From NCBI GenBank assembly GCA_964474205.1, contig CAYYRW010000005.1, forward strand, positions 154,161 to 218,160: a stretch of DNA of 64,000 nt. Reading direction: 5' to 3'. The stretch comes from an uncultured Nitrospirales bacterium. GTDB taxonomy: Bacteria > Hydrogenedentota > Hydrogenedentia > Hydrogenedentales > CAILVY01. Positions 1-9,444 of the stretch are shown piece by piece (position 1 is the stretch's first letter; each line of letters begins with the position of its first letter). The notes beneath the pieces were generated by a model, which saw only the letters and a program-made list of their open reading frames with translations, was not told the DNA's origin and did no database searches. Both the position numbers and the translations under genes were made by a program.

Positions 1-348
1 CCGTATATGATGATGTGGGTTCCGGAGGGCTGGCAGATTCAATTGCGCGCCAACGAAACCATTTCAATGATTTTGATGTTCCTGGCGGGGTTTGCCGTGG
101 CGTTTCAGTTTCCCATGGCGGTCATGATTCTGGTGTATATGGGGTTTCTTACCCCGGCGGTGCTGAAAACACAGCGCAAGTTCGCGTTTGTCATTATCGC
201 GGTGATTTCGGCGGTGCTCACGCCCCCGGACCCCGGTTCGATGATGATCATGATGCTTCCGCTGGTGTTGTTGTATGAAATAAGCATCTGGTTGTCGTAT
301 CTTGTCATCCGCAGGAAAAAACAGGCTGTCCAGGCCGGTCAGGCATAA
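1..348 (+). CDS. tatC: Sec-independent translocase subunit TatC (C-terminal part, 5' truncated by window)
   Basis: FQFPMAV...SAVLTPPDPGSMMIMMLPLVLLYEISI matches the TatC C-terminal signature; adjacent to a tatA/B-family gene. Confidence 0.9.
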   Translation, partial: PYMMMWVPEGWQIQLRANETISMILMFLAGFAVAFQFPMAVMILVYMGFLTPAVLKTQRKFAFVIIAVISAVLTPPDPGSMMIMMLPLVLLYEISIWLSYLVIRRKKQAVQAGQA

Positions 349-353
349 ATCCC

Positions 354-812
354 ATGATGGGCATTGGTTTTACAGAAATGTTGATTGTCGCGGGGATCGC
401 CCTGGTGTTCCTGGGGCCCGAAAAATTCCCCGATTTCGCCAAGATATTCATCCGGACCGTCCGCGACGTCCGCACCTACATGGACGATGTGAAAGAGGAA
501 GTGGCCAAGGAGGTGCTTCCCATGCAAAACGAGCTTAAACAGCTTGGCCGGTATGACGCGGAAACCTACATCAACAAGCTGATGGAGGACGACGGGGAAA
601 AGAGCGATGTCACGAATTCGCAGGCGGCCAGTTCCGACACCTTTTCCACGAACAAGACGGGGATTTCCCCGGAACCGCAGGATGGCGGAAAATATGAACA
701 GGAACCCGCTGGAACCGCTCAACCCGCCGGGGTCTCCGAACCCGCCGCTGATGAGACGCCGGCCTCTTCGGACGGCGAATCGCTAGAATCGCCTGAACGG
801 CTGGATGGATAA
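354..812 (+). CDS. tatB: TatA/TatB family translocase subunit with long acidic tail
   Basis: MGIGFTEMLIVAGIALVFLGPEKFP: N-terminal TM helix, GPxKxP hinge, amphipathic helix, acidic disordered C-terminus. Confidence 0.75.
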   Translation: MMGIGFTEMLIVAGIALVFLGPEKFPDFAKIFIRTVRDVRTYMDDVKEEVAKEVLPMQNELKQLGRYDAETYINKLMEDDGEKSDVTNSQAASSDTFSTNKTGISPEPQDGGKYEQEPAGTAQPAGVSEPAADETPASSDGESLESPERLDG

Positions 813-818
813 TGCACG

Positions 819-1706
819 ATGGTGACGGATAACGTTCTGAATCTCATTGGCAACACGCCGCTTATACGCTTGAAAAACGAAAATGTCTACGCGAAAGCGG
901 AATTCCTGAATCCGGGCGGGAGCATTAAAGACCGGGTGGCCTTGGCCATGATCGAAGGCGCGGAGCGCGATGGCAAGCTGAATGCCGATTCCATCATTAC
1001 GGAACCCACGTCCGGAAACACGGGCATTGGCATCGCCTTGGTCGGGCGGCTTAAGGGCTACAAAGTCTGTATCGTGATGCCCGAAAACATGAGCGAAGAG
1101 CGGAAAAAACTGATTCGCGCGCTGGGCGCGGAATTGATCCTGACGCCCGCCGTTGAGAGCATTGGGGGCGCGGTTAAGCGCGTCGAAGAAATGAAAAAGA
1201 ACGATCCACGGGTGTTTGTTCCGCAGCAATTCGAGAATCCTGAAAACCCGCGCATTCACTATGAAGAGACCGCCCATGAACTGTGGCGGCAAACCAACGG
1301 CGATGTCGCCTGTTTCGTGGCCGGGGTGGGAAGCGGCGGCACGTTGCAGGGGGTGGGAACCTTTCTCAAGGAACACAAGCCGGGCGTGCGGATTGCCGCC
1401 GTGGAACCCAAGAATGTGTCCGCGCTTTTGGGACACGAACCGGGCCTCCACCAAATCCAGGGCATCGGCGACGGCTTTATCCCCGCCGTGCTGGACGTGA
1501 AACTGGTGGATGAAGTGGTCGAAGTCACCGACGAGGACGCCATTGAAACCGCCCGGCAACTCAGCCGCGATTATGGCCTGCTGGCGGGCATTTCCGCCGG
1601 CGCCAATGTATGGGCCGCCCGCCAACTGGCCCAGCGCATCCCCGGCAATATCACGACCGTATTACCCGATCGGGCGGAACGCTACTTCAGTACCTCGTTG
1701 ATGTAA
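819..1706 (+). CDS. cysK: Cysteine synthase A (O-acetylserine sulfhydrylase)
   Basis: KAEFLNPGGSIKDR (PLP Lys), EPTSGNTG, QQFENPEN, GVGSGGT, IQGIG. Confidence 0.92.
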   Translation: MVTDNVLNLIGNTPLIRLKNENVYAKAEFLNPGGSIKDRVALAMIEGAERDGKLNADSIITEPTSGNTGIGIALVGRLKGYKVCIVMPENMSEERKKLIRALGAELILTPAVESIGGAVKRVEEMKKNDPRVFVPQQFENPENPRIHYEETAHELWRQTNGDVACFVAGVGSGGTLQGVGTFLKEHKPGVRIAAVEPKNVSALLGHEPGLHQIQGIGDGFIPAVLDVKLVDEVVEVTDEDAIETARQLSRDYGLLAGISAGANVWAARQLAQRIPGNITTVLPDRAERYFSTSLM

Positions 1707-1747
1707 TTCGCCATCCAGAAAGTCTTGGCAATACACGTAGTGATGTT

Positions 1748-3058
1748 CTATGCGGTGAGTCGTTTCGCCAAGCGCTTGGCCAGACCAATAATCGTCAAAA
1801 CCGTCGGACGCCCCAGCGCCTCGGGGAAAACACTGGCGTCGCACACATAGCATCCGGGGATTTCTGTTTGCAGATCGATGTCCACCATCTCCCCGAGGCG
1901 CACCGTGCCGCTGGGATGCGTGCCGCGCAAGGGCGACGTAAAAATGGTGGCGGGGTCGGCCCCGGCTTCCACGAGAATTCTCCTGCTGACGCGCTCGGCC
2001 TCGGCCATGCGTTCGCGGTCCCGCGCGGTAAGCGGTTTGCTGATCGCGCCGTTCTGATAGACTTTCCCGGAGATTTCGTCCTTTAATTTGATCATGACCC
2101 CCAGCAGGTTCTTCCATTTCGGCCAATACCCCAGATACTTCGGGCTTTTCAACGCGGCGATGATCGGGTACATCAGCCAGGGATCCGCGAGTGCGCTTAA
2201 CATGTACCCATCGGCCATGTTCTCCCACGACCATGTCATGGGAGGCTCCAGGCCGTTGCCTTGTTCCTTGGTGATGCCATAGACAATCACCGTCGTGTCC
2301 ATTGTCATGCCTTCGCCCGCCTGTGTCAATCCCGACATCCGCAAAATCGAGGGACTGCCCAGTCCGCCCGCGCACACCACCACCGTGTCCGCATGCGCTG
2401 TAAACGGCCAGCCGCGCATCCACCCCGAAACCCCTTTGCATTCGCCATGCTCGATGAATAGCCGTTCCACGTCCGCATGCGTTTCCACCTGCGCGCCCAG
2501 CGCCACGGCATCATCCACGTATTCCGCCGCGTTCCATTTCGCGCCGCACCGGCAGCCGAGCATGCACTTCGCGCCGCAATCAAAATGCGCGGAACGTGCC
2601 GGACGCATGAATTTCTCCTGCGGTTCCCAGGGATATCCCAGCGCTTGAGCGGCCTGCGCCAAGCGCGTGGAGGCCGCCCCACGCAATTCATCCGGCAACG
2701 GCGCAACGCCCAGTTCGTGTATAGTCTCCGCAACCTCGCTATCAATATCCACACCATATTTGGATTTAAGCCATGGGGGAGGGGGGGCGGCGCATCCGCA
2801 ATACATGTTCGTGGCCCCGCCCAGCATCATGGGCCGGACAATGTTCAGCCCTTCCTGTGTGAACAACAGTCCCAGCCGTTTCGAATACAACATCGCACCG
2901 GCGTAGGTCCCGTAGTAAAAATGCTTGCGATGATCCCCGCCGCTCTCAAACAGCAGGACTTTCTTGCCCCGCTTGCTAAGTTCGCGCGACAACGTTGCCC
3001 CGCCTGGTCCTGAACCCACCACAATCACATCCGCTGACAAGGATTTCACTTCCGCCAT
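1748..3058 (-). CDS. GMC-family FAD oxidoreductase
   Basis: DVIVVGSGPGGA (GxGxxG), C..C..GC motif (CGAKCMLGC), HPSGTVR, YVCDASVFP, PTVLTI; start moved to the ATG at 3058. Confidence 0.8.
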   Translation of the reverse strand: MAEVKSLSADVIVVGSGPGGATLSRELSKRGKKVLLFESGGDHRKHFYYGTYAGAMLYSKRLGLLFTQEGLNIVRPMMLGGATNMYCGCAAPPPPWLKSKYGVDIDSEVAETIHELGVAPLPDELRGAASTRLAQAAQALGYPWEPQEKFMRPARSAHFDCGAKCMLGCRCGAKWNAAEYVDDAVALGAQVETHADVERLFIEHGECKGVSGWMRGWPFTAHADTVVVCAGGLGSPSILRMSGLTQAGEGMTMDTTVIVYGITKEQGNGLEPPMTWSWENMADGYMLSALADPWLMYPIIAALKSPKYLGYWPKWKNLLGVMIKLKDEISGKVYQNGAISKPLTARDRERMAEAERVSRRILVEAGADPATIFTSPLRGTHPSGTVRLGEMVDIDLQTEIPGCYVCDASVFPEALGRPTVLTIIGLAKRLAKRLTA

Positions 3059-3136
3059 GGCTGTTCTCCCTTCAGAAACAGTATACCCGGTCTCCCATCG
3101 TACGCCAAACATTTTTGTTTTTTACAAGATGGAATT

Positions 3137-3165
3137 TTGCAAGAGCGGAATGGATATGGTAATAT
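3137..3165 (+). promoter_or_regulatory. Putative sigma-70 promoter for the RAPP leader ORF
   Basis: TTGCAA (3137-3142), 17-nt spacer, TAATAT (3160-3165) with TGn extension. Confidence 0.55.
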
Positions 3166-3237
3166 CTCACGCATCGGGAAGCGGCGGATTCGCTGACCGC
3201 GCATCGAACGCCATGTTCGTCTAAAGCAGGAAAGAAT

Positions 3238-3573
3238 ATGCACGTACGGATGAAAACCAGAATAACTCGGTTAAAGGGTTCCGTGTTTCACCAGTACCCG
3301 ATCATTTTCTATCTTGTTTTAGCGGCACTTCTGGCCTTTTTCGCGGTAGCGGTGGTCCATGAACTCATCCCCGGTTTATGCACCGCCGATGACGGGAATG
3401 AAGATACATGCCCCTTCTGCCGTCTTGTGCACGCGCTTGTGCTTGTAGTCCCATTTTTTGCCGCACTCTGCGGCTGGATTATCCGGCGCGGCATTCCATG
3501 CCGGATAACGGATCTCTTACTGCCGTCTTTTCATTCCCCTGCAAATCTGCTGCGCGCCCCCCCTGCGTTTTAG
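3238..3573 (+). CDS. DUF2946-like leader peptide with CxxC and C-terminal RAPP arrest motif
   Basis: Hydrophobic segment, CPFC (3409-3420), second hydrophobic segment, RAPP (3553-3564) followed by AF and stop; GCAGGAAAG upstream of ATG. Confidence 0.7.
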   Translation: MHVRMKTRITRLKGSVFHQYPIIFYLVLAALLAFFAVAVVHELIPGLCTADDGNEDTCPFCRLVHALVLVVPFFAALCGWIIRRGIPCRITDLLLPSFHSPANLLRAPPAF

Positions 3574-3807
3574 CCTGCCCTTTCACCGATACGGGCGATG
3601 CATCTTCCCATACCACCGTCTAAACCGTGTTAATGGTCCTGTCACCACGCCCGTACGCATTCTCCCCTTCTTTGCGTTTTGCGCGGTTCAGAGTGGTTCT
3701 GTTCCCGCTGTTGCATAAAAAGGCCGGGCCGGAAAAAACACATGTCATCAACGCCAATCGATAGAAAGTGCATTTCCCGGCCCAAACCAATGGAGATACA
3801 TTGTATC

Positions 3808-4770
3808 ATGAAAACGACAAAAAATGGTTTCACCCTTATCGAGCTGCTGGTGGTCATCGCCATCATCGGCATCCTGGCGGCCATCTTGCTGCCGGCCCTA
3901 TCGCGCGCCCGCGAGGCCGCGCGGCGCTCAAGCTGCCAGAACAACCTGAAGGAAATGGGATTGGTGTTCAAGATGTATGCCAACGAGTCCTCGGGCCAGA
4001 AGTTCCCGATCATGAAGACTCGGGGGTGCAATGGAAATATCTACCCCATGGAGCAGTCGCCCGACGCCACGACGCTCTATCCGGAGTATCTGACCGACTT
4101 CAATGTCCTCATCTGCCCCAGTTCAATCGGCGGCGCCACCGCGGAAGACCGCTGGGACAAGATCGACTCCCTAAGCCCCTTTGTGCGCGAGATACCGGGC
4201 TTCAGCAACAACGGGATTCTCGAACCCTGCGAGGTGCTCGGCTATCCGTACACCTATGTCAGTTACGCGATCACCTCCGAAATGACCGACACGCAGGAGA
4301 AGTGCCAATCGCTGTGGGACAATATTTTCGACGCCTCGGAGGGGCTTGCGGCCCAAATCACGGCGGATCCTTCTGTGGTTCACGAAGACTGGGCCGTGGC
4401 GATTGCCGGTTCCGGCACGGGCGGCGGCGATCTCATATACCGAATGCGCGAGGGGATCGAACGATTCTTAATCACGGACATCAACAACCCTGCGGCAAGC
4501 AGCAAGGCACAATCCGAATTGCCCTTGATGTGGGACGTAATCTGCGATGAAGCTCACCATTTCAACCATGTGCCGGGCGGTTCGAATGTCCTCTTTATGG
4601 ATGGCCATGTCGAGTTCGTCCGGTGGCCCGGCGCCCAAGGCCCGAATGGGTCGTGGACAAACCCCGCAACCGGCGGGCCCCTGCCGGTGGGAACATCCTT
4701 CCCCATGAATGCGGGCGGCATGATCTTTCATGAAGCAACCCATCATTACGGCGCATTATTGCCCGAATAA
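3808..4770 (+). CDS. DUF1559 prepilin-type N-terminal cleavage/methylation protein with H-X9-DG motif
   Basis: [48 protein letters not shown]; [15 protein letters not shown]; RBS GGAG before ATG 3808. Confidence 0.9.
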   Translation: MKTTKNGFTLIELLVVIAIIGILAAILLPALSRAREAARRSSCQNNLKEMGLVFKMYANESSGQKFPIMKTRGCNGNIYPMEQSPDATTLYPEYLTDFNVLICPSSIGGATAEDRWDKIDSLSPFVREIPGFSNNGILEPCEVLGYPYTYVSYAITSEMTDTQEKCQSLWDNIFDASEGLAAQITADPSVVHEDWAVAIAGSGTGGGDLIYRMREGIERFLITDINNPAASSKAQSELPLMWDVICDEAHHFNHVPGGSNVLFMDGHVEFVRWPGAQGPNGSWTNPATGGPLPVGTSFPMNAGGMIFHEATHHYGALLPE

Positions 4771-4776
4771 ATAAGG

Positions 4777-4816
4777 CCGGGCGGGGCACTAACGTATATG
4801 GCACCGCCTCGCCCGG
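4777..4816 (+). terminator. Stem-loop after the DUF1559 gene (possible terminator)
   Basis: CCGGGCGGGGC / GCCTCGCCCGG 11-bp stem with one G-U pair; no clear U-tract. Confidence 0.35.
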
Positions 4817-4932
4817 ACCAAATTCCTTGCTCTGAAAATCCCCCTCGTATGCGGGAGCAAAGGGCACGCTGTGCTAGATTCAACGCGTTTTTCCCATTTT
4901 CCTGCCGCTGCCACAACACAAGGATTTTTTGG

Positions 4933-4961
4933 TTGACTTTTCAAAAGAAATACGATAGACT
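4933..4961 (+). promoter_or_regulatory. Sigma-70 promoter of perR-katA
   Basis: TTGACT (4933-4938), N17, TAGACT (4956-4961). Confidence 0.65.
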
Positions 4962-4966
4962 TGCAC

Positions 4967-4983
4967 ATAGGAATGATTATTAT
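4967..4983. promoter_or_regulatory. Fur/PerR-type operator (autoregulatory)
   Basis: ATAGGAAT-G-ATTATTAT imperfect 8-1-8 inverted repeat between the -10 box and the perR start codon. Confidence 0.55.
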
Positions 4984-4987
4984 TACC

Positions 4988-5440
4988 ATGAATGGCGCCA
5001 CCTTACAGCATCGCCTGGAGGAATTTCAGGAAGCCTGCAAACGGCTTGGATTGAAGGTCACGCACCAGCGGATGGAGATTTTCCGCGGGGTGATCATGAC
5101 GGAGAAGCATCCCGATGCGGTGTCGGTGCATCGTCAGGTAAAGAAGCGGATTCCGATGATATCGCTCGACACGGTATACCGGAATCTGAAGTTGCTGGCG
5201 GAGCATGGGTTGATCTCGATCGTGGGGCTGAGCCAGGAGAGTCTTCGTTTTGACGGCAACAGCGCGCCGCACCATCATTTTACCTGCGTGAAGTGCGGCC
5301 TGATTCGCGATTTCTCTTGCGCGCCCATGGAGTGTCCGGCCATGCCGGAGGAGGCGAAAGCATTTGGGCGCCCCTTATCCGTCCATCTTGAAGTTAAGGG
5401 CCTGTGCGCCGTATGTAAAAAATCAGCCCATCGGCGTTAA
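4988..5440 (+). CDS. perR: Fur-family peroxide-responsive repressor (PerR-like)
   Basis: KVTHQR, HPDA, ISLDTVYRNL, RFDGN..PHHHFTCVKCG, C-terminal CAVC; directly upstream of catalase. Confidence 0.8.
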   Translation: MNGATLQHRLEEFQEACKRLGLKVTHQRMEIFRGVIMTEKHPDAVSVHRQVKKRIPMISLDTVYRNLKLLAEHGLISIVGLSQESLRFDGNSAPHHHFTCVKCGLIRDFSCAPMECPAMPEEAKAFGRPLSVHLEVKGLCAVCKKSAHRR

Positions 5441-5479
5441 GGCTGTTATTTGCCCCGCGTAATAAGAAGGTTTACGAAC

Positions 5480-5494
5480 TAGTAATGACTACGT
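5480..5494. promoter_or_regulatory. Second putative PerR box upstream of katA
   Basis: TAGTAAT-G-ACTACGT, 12/15 match to the TAGTAAT-G-ATTACTA consensus inferred from the perR site. Confidence 0.35.
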
Positions 5495-5563
5495 TTTGTT
5501 TAACAGGATGCCGGAGCAGGTGTCACACTGCTCCAACACCGAACCCAGAAAAGGAGAAACATC

Positions 5564-7018
5564 ATGAGCGACGAGAAAAAACTCACGAACAATGCCGGCG
5601 CCCCCGTAGTAGACAATCAGAATGTTCTAACGGCGGGGCCGCGCGGTCCGATGCTGCTGCAGGATGTCTGGTTTCTTGAAAAACTGGCGCATTTCGACCG
5701 GGAGGTCATTCCCGAGCGTCGGATGCACGCCAAAGGTTCCGGCGCCTATGGCACCTTCACGGTCACCCATGACATCACGAAATACACCAAGGCAAAGATT
5801 TTTTCGAGCGTGGGCAAGAAAACGGACCTGTTCGTCCGGTTTTCCACGGTGGCGGGCGAGCGCGGCGCGGCGGATGCCGAGCGTGACATTCGCGGTTTCG
5901 CCATCAAGTTTTATACGGAAGAGGGCAATTGGGACCTGGTGGGCAACAACACCCCAGTGTTCTTTTTGCGCGATCCGCTGAAGTTTCCGGACCTGAACCA
6001 TGCGGTCAAGCGCGATCCGCGCACCAACCTGCGCAGCGCGCTGAACAACTGGGATTTCTGGACCTCGCTGCCTGAAGCGCTGCATCAGGTCACTGTGGTG
6101 ATGAGTGATCGGGGCATCCCGGCCTCCTATCGCCACATGCACGGTTTCGGCAGCCATACCTTCAGCCTGATCAATGCGAAAAACGAGCGGTATTGGGTGA
6201 AATTCCATTTGCGCACCCAGCAGGGCATCAAAAACCTCACGGACGCGGAGGCGGAGGCCATCATCGGGAAATGCCGTGAAAGCCATCAACGCGACCTCTA
6301 CGAGAGCATCGAGAAGGGCGATTTCCCCAAGTGGACCCTGTTTATCCAGGTGATGCCGGAGAAGGACGCCGCGAAGTGCCCCTACAATCCCTTCGACCTG
6401 ACAAAAGTCTGGTTTCATAAAGACTACCCGTTGATTGAGGTGGGCGTGATGGAACTGAACCGCAATCCGGAAAACTATTTTGCGGAGGTGGAGCAATCCG
6501 CCTTCAATCCCGCCAATATCGTGCCCGGCATCGGATTTTCGCCGGACAAGATGCTGCAGGGCCGCCTGTTTTCGTACGGCGACGCTCAGCGCTACCGGCT
6601 TGGCGTGAATCATCACCTGATCCCCGTCAATAAGGCGCGGTGTCCCTTCCACAGCTATCACCGCGACGGCGCGATGCGGGTGGACGGCAACCATGGCAGC
6701 ACGCTGGGCTATGAGCCGAATAGTTTTGGCGAATGGAAGCAACAGCCGGACTTTGCGGAACCGCCGCTCGCCCTTGATGGCGCGGCCGATCATTGGAATC
6801 ACCGCGAGGACGATGATTATTACACCCAGCCGGGGATGCTGTTCCGCCTGATGAACAAAGCGCAACAGGAGGCCCTGTTCGGGAACACCGCACGGGCCAT
6901 GGGCGACGCTCCCAAGGAGATCAAAATCCGCCACATCAAGAATTGCCTGAAAGCTGATCCCGCCTACGGCAAAGGCGTGGCCGATGCACTGGGCATCCCG
7001 CTGAGCGAAGCATCGTAA
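5564..7018 (+). CDS. katA: Monofunctional heme catalase (small subunit)
   Basis: [18 protein letters not shown] distal His motif, [24 protein letters not shown] proximal Tyr; RBS AAGGAG. Confidence 0.97.
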   Translation: MSDEKKLTNNAGAPVVDNQNVLTAGPRGPMLLQDVWFLEKLAHFDREVIPERRMHAKGSGAYGTFTVTHDITKYTKAKIFSSVGKKTDLFVRFSTVAGERGAADAERDIRGFAIKFYTEEGNWDLVGNNTPVFFLRDPLKFPDLNHAVKRDPRTNLRSALNNWDFWTSLPEALHQVTVVMSDRGIPASYRHMHGFGSHTFSLINAKNERYWVKFHLRTQQGIKNLTDAEAEAIIGKCRESHQRDLYESIEKGDFPKWTLFIQVMPEKDAAKCPYNPFDLTKVWFHKDYPLIEVGVMELNRNPENYFAEVEQSAFNPANIVPGIGFSPDKMLQGRLFSYGDAQRYRLGVNHHLIPVNKARCPFHSYHRDGAMRVDGNHGSTLGYEPNSFGEWKQQPDFAEPPLALDGAADHWNHREDDDYYTQPGMLFRLMNKAQQEALFGNTARAMGDAPKEIKIRHIKNCLKADPAYGKGVADALGIPLSEAS

Positions 7019-7041
7019 GGAGCATAGTTTCTGAAACCATG

Positions 7042-7080
7042 CCGGGGTTGTCCATTCCGAAGTGGACAACCCCGGTTTAT
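7042..7080 (+). terminator. Rho-independent terminator after katA
   Basis: Perfect 13-bp stem CCGGGGTTGTCCA / TGGACAACCCCGG, 8-nt loop, followed by TTTAT. Confidence 0.8.
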
Positions 7081-7131
7081 ATGCGCGACAATAACAGAAG
7101 TGCTTGTAAAAACTTTGTAGGAGTAGTATCA

Positions 7132-7791
7132 ATGAGGCGGATAGGGAAAATCGTTGCGGTGATGCTGGGTGTTTTTTTTGCAGTGCTGGCGGTCCCCCTG
7201 TGGATGTATTTTCCCATGCATAATTTCCGGACGGTGGAGAAGAATGCCTTTTATGGTTCGCGGCAGATGGGGCCGAAGGCGTTGGAAGCGGCGATAAAAA
7301 AGCGCGGTATTCAGACCGTCCTCAATTTGCGCGGCGCGAATCCGGGCTCCCCATGGTATGACGCGGAAGTGGAGGTGTGTGCGCGGCTTGGCATCGCGCA
7401 TGAGGATTTCGGGTGGTCGAAAAACCAACTGCCCAAACCAGACTCGCTCTCCAAGTTTATTGATATTGTGGAACATGGGAAAAAGCCGTTCCTGGCGCAT
7501 TGTGAAGGCGGTACGCACCGAACGGGTGTGGCGGCAGCGTGTTATCTGCTGCTGCAAGGAGCCGATTCCGCTACGGCGCGAAAGCAGTTCGGGCTGATGT
7601 TCAATGATGCGCCCATCGGACGCTTGATAGACATTTATGAGGAAAGCGGCATGCCGTTTAAGCAATGGGTGCAGGAAGCCTATCCCGCCAAATACGAAGC
7701 CTTGATGACTTCTGTTTGCCTCCCCCCGCAGGATTCTTTGGTCGCGGCCGCTCAATTCGCCTGTACAACCGGGTTGGCGTGTAAAAACTGA
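7132..7791 (+). CDS. Membrane-anchored/exported tyrosine or dual-specificity phosphatase family protein
   Basis: N-terminal TM, GIQTVLNLRG, HCEGGTHRTG (C-X5-R P-loop); RBS AGGAG before ATG 7132. Confidence 0.8.
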   Translation: MRRIGKIVAVMLGVFFAVLAVPLWMYFPMHNFRTVEKNAFYGSRQMGPKALEAAIKKRGIQTVLNLRGANPGSPWYDAEVEVCARLGIAHEDFGWSKNQLPKPDSLSKFIDIVEHGKKPFLAHCEGGTHRTGVAAACYLLLQGADSATARKQFGLMFNDAPIGRLIDIYEESGMPFKQWVQEAYPAKYEALMTSVCLPPQDSLVAAAQFACTTGLACKN

Positions 7792-7843
7792 ATAAAAACA
7801 GCCGTTGGTTTCTTGAAAGAAACCCTGGATACGCCCTACGCTG

Positions 7844-9244
7844 ATGGCTATGAAACGAAAAATGCAAAAATACGGATTGCCGCCGGAAAGTACACCAATT
7901 GTATTGGAGAGCATCTCGGACGGGGTGTTTACCGTAGACCATGAATGGCAGGTGACCTCGTTTAACCGGGCCGCCGAGGAGATTACAGGGATTCCACGCG
8001 GGGAGGCTATCGGGCGGCGGTGCTGTGAAGTGTTTCGCGCGAGCATGTGCGAAACGGAATGCGCGCTGCGCCGCACCATGGATTCAGGAAAGCCGATTAT
8101 TAACAAGTCCGCGTTCATTGTGGACGCCAACGGACGGCGCATTCCTATTAGCGTGTCGACTGCCTTGCTGCGGAATACGCAAGGCAAAATTATGGGCGGT
8201 GTCGAGACCTTCCGCGACCTGAGCCTGGTCGAAGAACTCCGTAAGGAAATTAAGCAGCGATACGAGATATGCGATATCGTAAGCCGGAGCCCCCTCATGC
8301 GGAAACTGTTCGACATCTTGCCGCAGGTGGCGGCGAGCGGGGCCACCGTGGTGATCGAAGGAGAAACGGGTACTGGAAAGGAATTGCTTGCCCGGGCCTT
8401 GCATTCCATGAGCCCCCGGCATGAAAAACCATTCGTTGCGATCAATTGCGGGGCCCTTCCGGACACCCTGTTGGAATCCGAACTTTTCGGATATGTGGCA
8501 GGCGCCTTCACCGGAGCGGACAAAGACAAGCCCGGACGCTTCGCCCTCGCGGAGGGCGGCACGCTGTTTCTGGACGAGATAGGGGACATCAGTCCGGCCT
8601 TGCAGGTGCGCCTGTTGCGCGTGCTCCAGGAAAAAACCTACGAACCGCTGGGCTGCACGAAAACATGCAAAACGAATGTGCGGATCATCACGGCATCCAA
8701 TAAAAACCTGGAGGAACTGGTCGAGAAGGGCCTGTTCCGGCAGGACCTCTTTTACCGCATTCATGTCGTGCGGCTCGAATTGCCCCCATTGCGCAAACGG
8801 AAAGAGGATATCCCGCTGCTGGCGGAACACTTTATTCACCGGTTCAACCAGACCCATGGACGGAAAATCACCGGCGTTTCCCATGACGCCATGACCCTTT
8901 TGATGGCACATGACTACCCCGGCAATATCCGCGAGCTGGAAAACATTATCGAGCATGCCTTTGTGATTTGTCCGGATACGGAGATTTGTCCGCGCTGTTT
9001 GCCGGAGTCCCTGACCGCGAACCGCGAAGCCTCGTTGCCCCATTCTCCTGATGGATTTGATTCACGGATAAAAGCGGCGGAGGCACAAGCTATCCTGGAG
9101 GCCTTGGCGCGGTGCGATGGAAACCGCAACGAAGCCGCCAAGGTTTTGGGAATGCACAAGAGCACCTTGTTCAGAAAGATAAAGATACTCGGTCTTTCAC
9201 TATCCAAAGGGGACGGCCGCAAAGGGCATTCTGGCCGTAAATAG
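7844..9244 (+). CDS. PAS-domain sigma-54 enhancer-binding activator (Fis HTH)
   Basis: Cys-rich PAS domain (RRCCEVFRASMCETEC), GETGTGKE, ESELFG, GAFTGA, LFLDEIG, PGNIREL, C-terminal HTH. Confidence 0.93.
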   Translation: MAMKRKMQKYGLPPESTPIVLESISDGVFTVDHEWQVTSFNRAAEEITGIPRGEAIGRRCCEVFRASMCETECALRRTMDSGKPIINKSAFIVDANGRRIPISVSTALLRNTQGKIMGGVETFRDLSLVEELRKEIKQRYEICDIVSRSPLMRKLFDILPQVAASGATVVIEGETGTGKELLARALHSMSPRHEKPFVAINCGALPDTLLESELFGYVAGAFTGADKDKPGRFALAEGGTLFLDEIGDISPALQVRLLRVLQEKTYEPLGCTKTCKTNVRIITASNKNLEELVEKGLFRQDLFYRIHVVRLELPPLRKRKEDIPLLAEHFIHRFNQTHGRKITGVSHDAMTLLMAHDYPGNIRELENIIEHAFVICPDTEICPRCLPESLTANREASLPHSPDGFDSRIKAAEAQAILEALARCDGNRNEAAKVLGMHKSTLFRKIKILGLSLSKGDGRKGHSGRK

Positions 9245-9245
9245 A

Positions 9246-9292
9246 GTTGCAATATCGCGACCCTATTTCTATTAGAATCTCATTACTGCAAC
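9246..9292. promoter_or_regulatory. Two putative enhancer (UAS) sites
   Basis: GTTGCAATATCGCGAC (9246-9261, 12/16 palindromic) and ATCTCATTACTGCAAC (9277-9292, 11/16 to the reverse complement of site 1), about 90-135 bp upstream of the -24/-12 element. Confidence 0.55.
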
Positions 9293-9378
9293 TCTTTTCC
9301 TTCACTCTATTGCTGACAATACGCTATAACTCATTGTCTTGAAATGCTTTATGTGAAATGAAAGGAATTCAAACGAGT

Positions 9379-9394
9379 TTGGCATGTATCTTGT
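9379..9394 (+). promoter_or_regulatory. Sigma-54 (-24/-12) promoter, non-canonical GT at -12
   Basis: TTGGCATGTATCTTGT (GG-N10-GT) between the activator gene and the first operon gene. Confidence 0.65.
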
Positions 9395-9444
9395 TACACT
9401 TGTATTGTGTTATCCCTGATAGTGGTTTGAATAAAGGAAAGAAC

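Noticed and set aside
5627-9043. Long antisense ORFs (5627-7132, 7129-8589, 8084-9043; likewise 27901-28803, 28623-29921, 31821-33245, 60710-61918)
   Set aside because: Shadow frames of well-supported genes in GC-rich DNA; no family motifs
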